From the NCBI RefSeq assembly GCF_001194135.2, contig NC_068989.1, forward strand, positions 37,265,933 to 37,320,424: a stretch of 54,492 nt of DNA, read 5' to 3'. How positions within the stretch are numbered: the first letter of the stretch is position 1; each line of letters opens with the position of its first letter. A program made the translations under genes and the position numbers. The notes beneath the pieces are model-generated. The model made no database searches, was not told the DNA's origin, and saw nothing but the letters and a program-made list of their open reading frames with translations. Shown one piece after another: positions 49,988 through 54,492 of the stretch. Origin of the DNA: Octopus bimaculoides. Taxonomy: Eukaryota.

Positions 49988-50244
49988 GTAAAAAGCGCGC
50001 AAAAAGTAAACGTGCAGCATGCTTTAAGTCTCTTACGTGATCAATGAACATTATTTCTCATTAGAATTAACCATTGATCCATTATTGTTTTTTTTTGTAG
50101 AACTACAGAACAGTCTTTCAATTTCGAGTAGTACCATTTAAATTACATTTATCAGAATATTTCTCTTTCGTAACAATATGTATCCCTATAAATATACAGT
50201 TAATAGATATAAGCAATTTGTACGTGTTTGTGCATTTATCTCAC

Positions 50245-50441
50245 TGTCAAGAATTGTTAACGTGCCGGGCAAAACGCTTAGCGGCATTTCGCCCGTCTTT
50301 TCGCTCTGAGTTCAAATTCCGGTGAGGTTGACTTTGCTTTTCATTCTTTCAAGGCTGATGAAATAAGTACCAGCTGAACACGGGTCGATGTAATCGACTT
50401 TCATCCCTCCCCTAACATTTTTGACCTTGTCCCAAAATTTG

Positions 50442-50442
<1 letters not shown>
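50245..50442 (+). mobile_element. SINE family 1
   Basis: GTTAACGTGCCGGGCAAAACGCTTAGCGGCATTTCG...GTCGATGTAATCGACTT. Confidence 0.88.
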
Positions 50443-50504
<62 letters not shown>

Positions 50505-50511
<7 letters not shown>

Positions 50512-50874
50512 CTTTCTGTGTGTGTTTGTGTATAAAAGAATATAACGGCTGTATTTTTCAACCGATTTTCTCCAAACTGGGAACATACATTACTTATCTT
50601 CCAGGGATGGTTTTAAACTGTTAAAAGTTTTCACATAATGAGTAACGGTCCCACTGGGGGCAGAAAACACCGGTTCCTGGTTTACGTGGAGAAGGGAGGT
50701 AACTCTGCGAAGTAACTTTCTTAAATTGATTGTCTCCCTTACATCTATTGGTCACAAAAATATTGCTTTTTATATTAGATTCATATCTTGGAGAGATTTT
50801 ATAAATATTTACTTCCGGTTTTCTAGCGTCAGCAGTGACGTCTATATCTCTATGCATTTTTCTCTATTTATCTC

Positions 50875-50916
<42 letters not shown>

Positions 50917-50934
50917 CATCTATCTATCTATCTA

Positions 50935-50975
<41 letters not shown>

Positions 50976-52290
50976 ATCATATTTGTCTGACTAGCTAGCA
51001 CTCTCTGTCTCCCCCTCTTTCTCTATCTTACTCTCGATTGTTTTCCCTTTCATCTTTCAGACGCTATTGTTTTCAATTTAAGTTCAATCGCTATTGTTTT
51101 CGCTGTAAGTTTTCAATCGCTACTTACAAACAATAACGATAAATTACTGACAGAAAGAAGTTCAGAACTACTGATGAAAGTAATTTCGTACATGTTTCAC
51201 TAGCAGAAGTAATTTCATAAATTTCACTTTTATCCGTACACTTCGTTAAACTTGACTACAAATATCTTTTTTGCTGTTGCAACGTTTTGTGTTTTTTTTT
51301 GTTGTTGACGGAATTATTGATAAAAGTAAGTTTATAATTTACTGAGAGAAATAACTTCAAAAATTTCACTTAAATCCGTTCACTTAGTTAATTTCTCTAA
51401 TTTTTTTAGTTACTTTTGCAACTGTTTTGTGTTTTTCTGTTGCTAACGACTTTTTTCTGGTTCCTTCGATAGTGGCTCTTTGGTTTACTAAGTGACAAAT
51501 TTCGCTTCAACCGATACAATTCTTTATTTTCCGTAAACATTTCTTATTTACTTTCTGCCCGTCGTATTAAGAAATATAATTTTCGTTACCCTGTTACTTT
51601 CATTGCTTACTATCTTCTGTACCCGTGTATTTCTGTATACGTATATAACCATGCGTAGAAGGAAAGTGTCAAATTTGTCTACAATGTCAAGGTCAGCCAA
51701 AGGAATATCTCTGTCCAGGGAAACAGACAGCTGCAGAAAGGGAAGCATACTACGAAACGAACAGACTGTGCACTACAAAAGCCAGATCATCTTAAACTGA
51801 TGAACAGAGGTATGCACTGCTGACAAGGAATAGGCTCTCCACTGCAGAACGAAGAGCAGTTACAACAGCTCAGAGAAGCAACTTCTATGAAGCAGCTTTC
51901 AATTATGACCCATCAGTTCATTAGGCAAATGACACTAGAGTTTTCACTGGTGCAATGACAACTGTTGCATACATTATAAAACAAGGAAGTGAACTGTAGA
52001 AACACCTGCACTGTGCTGCAGTAGTAGAAAGGTTAAACTCCCTTCAGTCCCACACCCTCCTGATCCATTGAAGAAAAACTGTTTTCAAGTGACCAAGCTT
52101 CCAAGCACTTCCAAAACCAAATTAGACAATACAACGCTGCACTACAAATGACATCATTTGGAACCACAAAAGATTTAACTGAGCCAGGATTCATGAAAAC
52201 TTTCAAATACCAGCGTCAGATTTATCATCGGATTGGCTCTCTACTACCTCTGTCAAATGAATCACCAAAATCACCCTTTCATCGTTTATA
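50505..52290 (+). mobile_element. Helitron 5' region with Rep N-terminal remnant
   Basis: Broken ORF from 51652 (MRRRKVSNL); KVKLPSVPHPPDPL...SKHFQNQIRQYNAALQMTSFG...QIYHRIGSLLP is typical of the Helitron RepHel N-terminus. Confidence 0.8.
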
Positions 52291-52804
52291 ATCTATACCT
52301 GTTTTTTTTTTGGTTACAAAATAAGCTACGCAAAACGTGTTTTTGAATTACGTGTATTTACTTTATATACATATATGAGTTGAAAACTTTCTTGTAACAT
52401 TTCACTTAAAGTCTATGTTCCATGCTGGTATAGGTTGGAGAGTTATTAATGTAGAAAGTTGGCATCGTAGCTACTAGCAGTTGAGACCTGCGTAATCTAG
52501 ACGGCGTTTTAAAATGTCATTATTCTCTTTTCTACTCGTANNNNNNNNNNNNNNNNNNNNNNNNNNNNNNNNNNNNNNNNNNNNNNNNNNNNNNNNNNNN
52601 NNNNNNNNNNNNNNNNNNNNNNNNNNNNNNNNNNNNNNNNNNNNNNNNNNNNNNNNNNNNNNNNNNNNNNNNNNNNNNNNNNNNNNNNNNNNNNNNNNNN
52701 NNNNNNNNNNNNNNNNNNNNNNNNNNNNNNNNNNNNNNNNNNNNNNNNNNNNNNNNNNNNNNNNNNNNNNNNNNNNNNNNNNNNNNNNNNNNNNNNNNNN
52801 NNNA

Positions 52805-53115
52805 TGGAGGCGCCTGGTTCAGTGGTTAGAGCGTCGGGCTCACAATCATAAGGTAATGAGTTCGATTCACAGACTGAGCTGTGTTCTTGAACAAGACTTT
52901 ATTTCACGTTGCTCCAGTACACTCAGCTATAGAAAATGAGTTGTGACGTCACTGGTGCAAGCTGTATCGGCTTTTCCCTTTCTGTGGCGTGGAGAGCGGG
53001 GCTGGTGTGCATGGGTGACTGCTGGTCTTCCATAAACAACCTTTACCGGTCTTTGCCTCGGAGGAGAGCTTTCTAGGTGCAATCCCATGGTCATTCATGA
53101 CAAAACTAGGGTCAT
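52805..53115 (+). mobile_element. tRNA-derived SINE (family 3)
   Basis: TGGTTCAGTGGTTAGAGC (A box), GAGTTCGATTC (B box), no tRNA cloverleaf closure, ~250-bp body. Confidence 0.82.
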
Positions 53116-53636
53116 ATATATAGGGAAAGAGAGATTGCTCGTGAATGAGTAGGCAGCTGAGCATTGTAGAATCAAGTGTATCCTTAAGTGTAATTCTTAG
53201 GCATAAACAGTGAGACACAGTACGTCATAATGATGTACCATTTCGATTGCAGGTATATAACCCCCACGCGACAGCATTTCGCACAATTTTCCTTTACCCA
53301 ATTTCACTCAGATTGTATGGAGCCCCCACGTGGCTTTAAGAACTCTTTTCAGCGGAAGTGAACTCCGGACCTTCTAACTGTGAAGAGGACTTCTTAATCA
53401 TACATACATACATACACATATGCATGCATACATACGTATTTACACACGTTTGTATGTATGTATACGAGCAGTATGTTTGCGTATAGGTGTACTTGTCCGT
53501 ATGTGCATACACCCACACACATATATCTTCGGATATAAATGTATAGATGTATTCTTTTTTATATGTGTATATGTATGTATGCATATGTGTGTATACACAT
53601 TCATATATATACACGCAAGCACATGTCTACATATAA

Positions 53637-53673
<37 letters not shown>

Positions 53674-54384
53674 TAGGAGTGGGGATAAAGAGGAGGGTTG
53701 AGAGGCGCGAATGCTTATTATGCATACATAATTATAAACACTTACCGCACTTACATACTCACTATTAAGTACTAGTGGGCGAATTACGATGAGGTGGAAA
53801 TAAAATTGAAGTATTTCAATCCAGTCATTTTATTGAAATGGAAGATTGGACTTTATTGATGCACATAATTAGCAAAGCATTGCCAACATTTCTGCTATTA
53901 GAAACCTTTAATTGCTGGCGTGTGAAATTGGAACCTGTTGCCATACAGCTAGCTCTTCAAATTATAGAATAAAGAATAAGAATTACCAAAGGACACAGAA
54001 AAATCTAACAGTTTGCCATCTCGATTTCTGATTTTCGTGAATAGTTCCTAAAGTTTTTGTTATTTGAAACTATGTAACTTCATCGTTGTCTTTCTAATTG
54101 ATAATTATTTTTGCTTCAATTGTGATGATGGTGTCTTTAGGTAGTTGGGAGGGGAAAGAGATAGAAGAGAAGCACGGAGCATTCAATATTTGTTTCACAG
54201 CCAGGGAATTGTAATTCCCTGAAAGTGTAGGAAATCAATCTGTGTGTGTATGTGTAGATGTTATATACATATATGCATATACATATACATAAAGACTATC
54301 ATACATACATACATATGTCTTCGCTTTTGCAGTCATGATTTATGGCATTTGTTCCTGTGAGATCTTACTCTGAAACCATTTTCA

Positions 54385-54385
<1 letters not shown>

Positions 54386-54448
<63 letters not shown>

Positions 54449-54492
54449 GTCTATCTATCTATCTATCTATCTGCCTACCTACCTACCTATAT
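54386..54492. repeat. (ATCT)n microsatellite
   Basis: Direct reading. Confidence 0.95.

Noticed and set aside
52805-52880. tRNA gene-like sequence
   Set aside because: A and B boxes are present but there is no acceptor-stem closure, and it continues into a repeat body. It is a SINE head.

Overview
AT-rich, microsatellite-dense animal genomic DNA with 7 N-gaps. It is most likely from an octopus or other coleoid cephalopod, judged from SINE families I recognise from memory (not database-verified). The window is mostly decayed mobile DNA: Tc1/mariner (including DD37D), Tigger, Helitron/Helentron, RTE and RLE-type LINEs, several Penelope-like (PLE) remnants, about 15 SINE copies and a mini LTR element. 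No intact long ORF exists; most ORF-track entries are microsatellite or N artefacts. A host gene with tiny exons on the + strand is possible but weakly supported. Main result: two unrelated ~360-nt repeat families (7567-8472; 8717-9408 plus 40832-41142) each carry a type I hammerhead ribozyme fold inside a long rod-like stem. They occur as circularly permuted or partially tandem copies with a head-to-head inverted partner, which matches retrozyme (ribozyme circRNA retroelement) architecture. The best motif has a non-canonical, compensated core (U3:A8 instead of C3:G8, plus G10.1-U11.1), and the second family varies at the same positions. Activity, expression and novelty are untested inferences.
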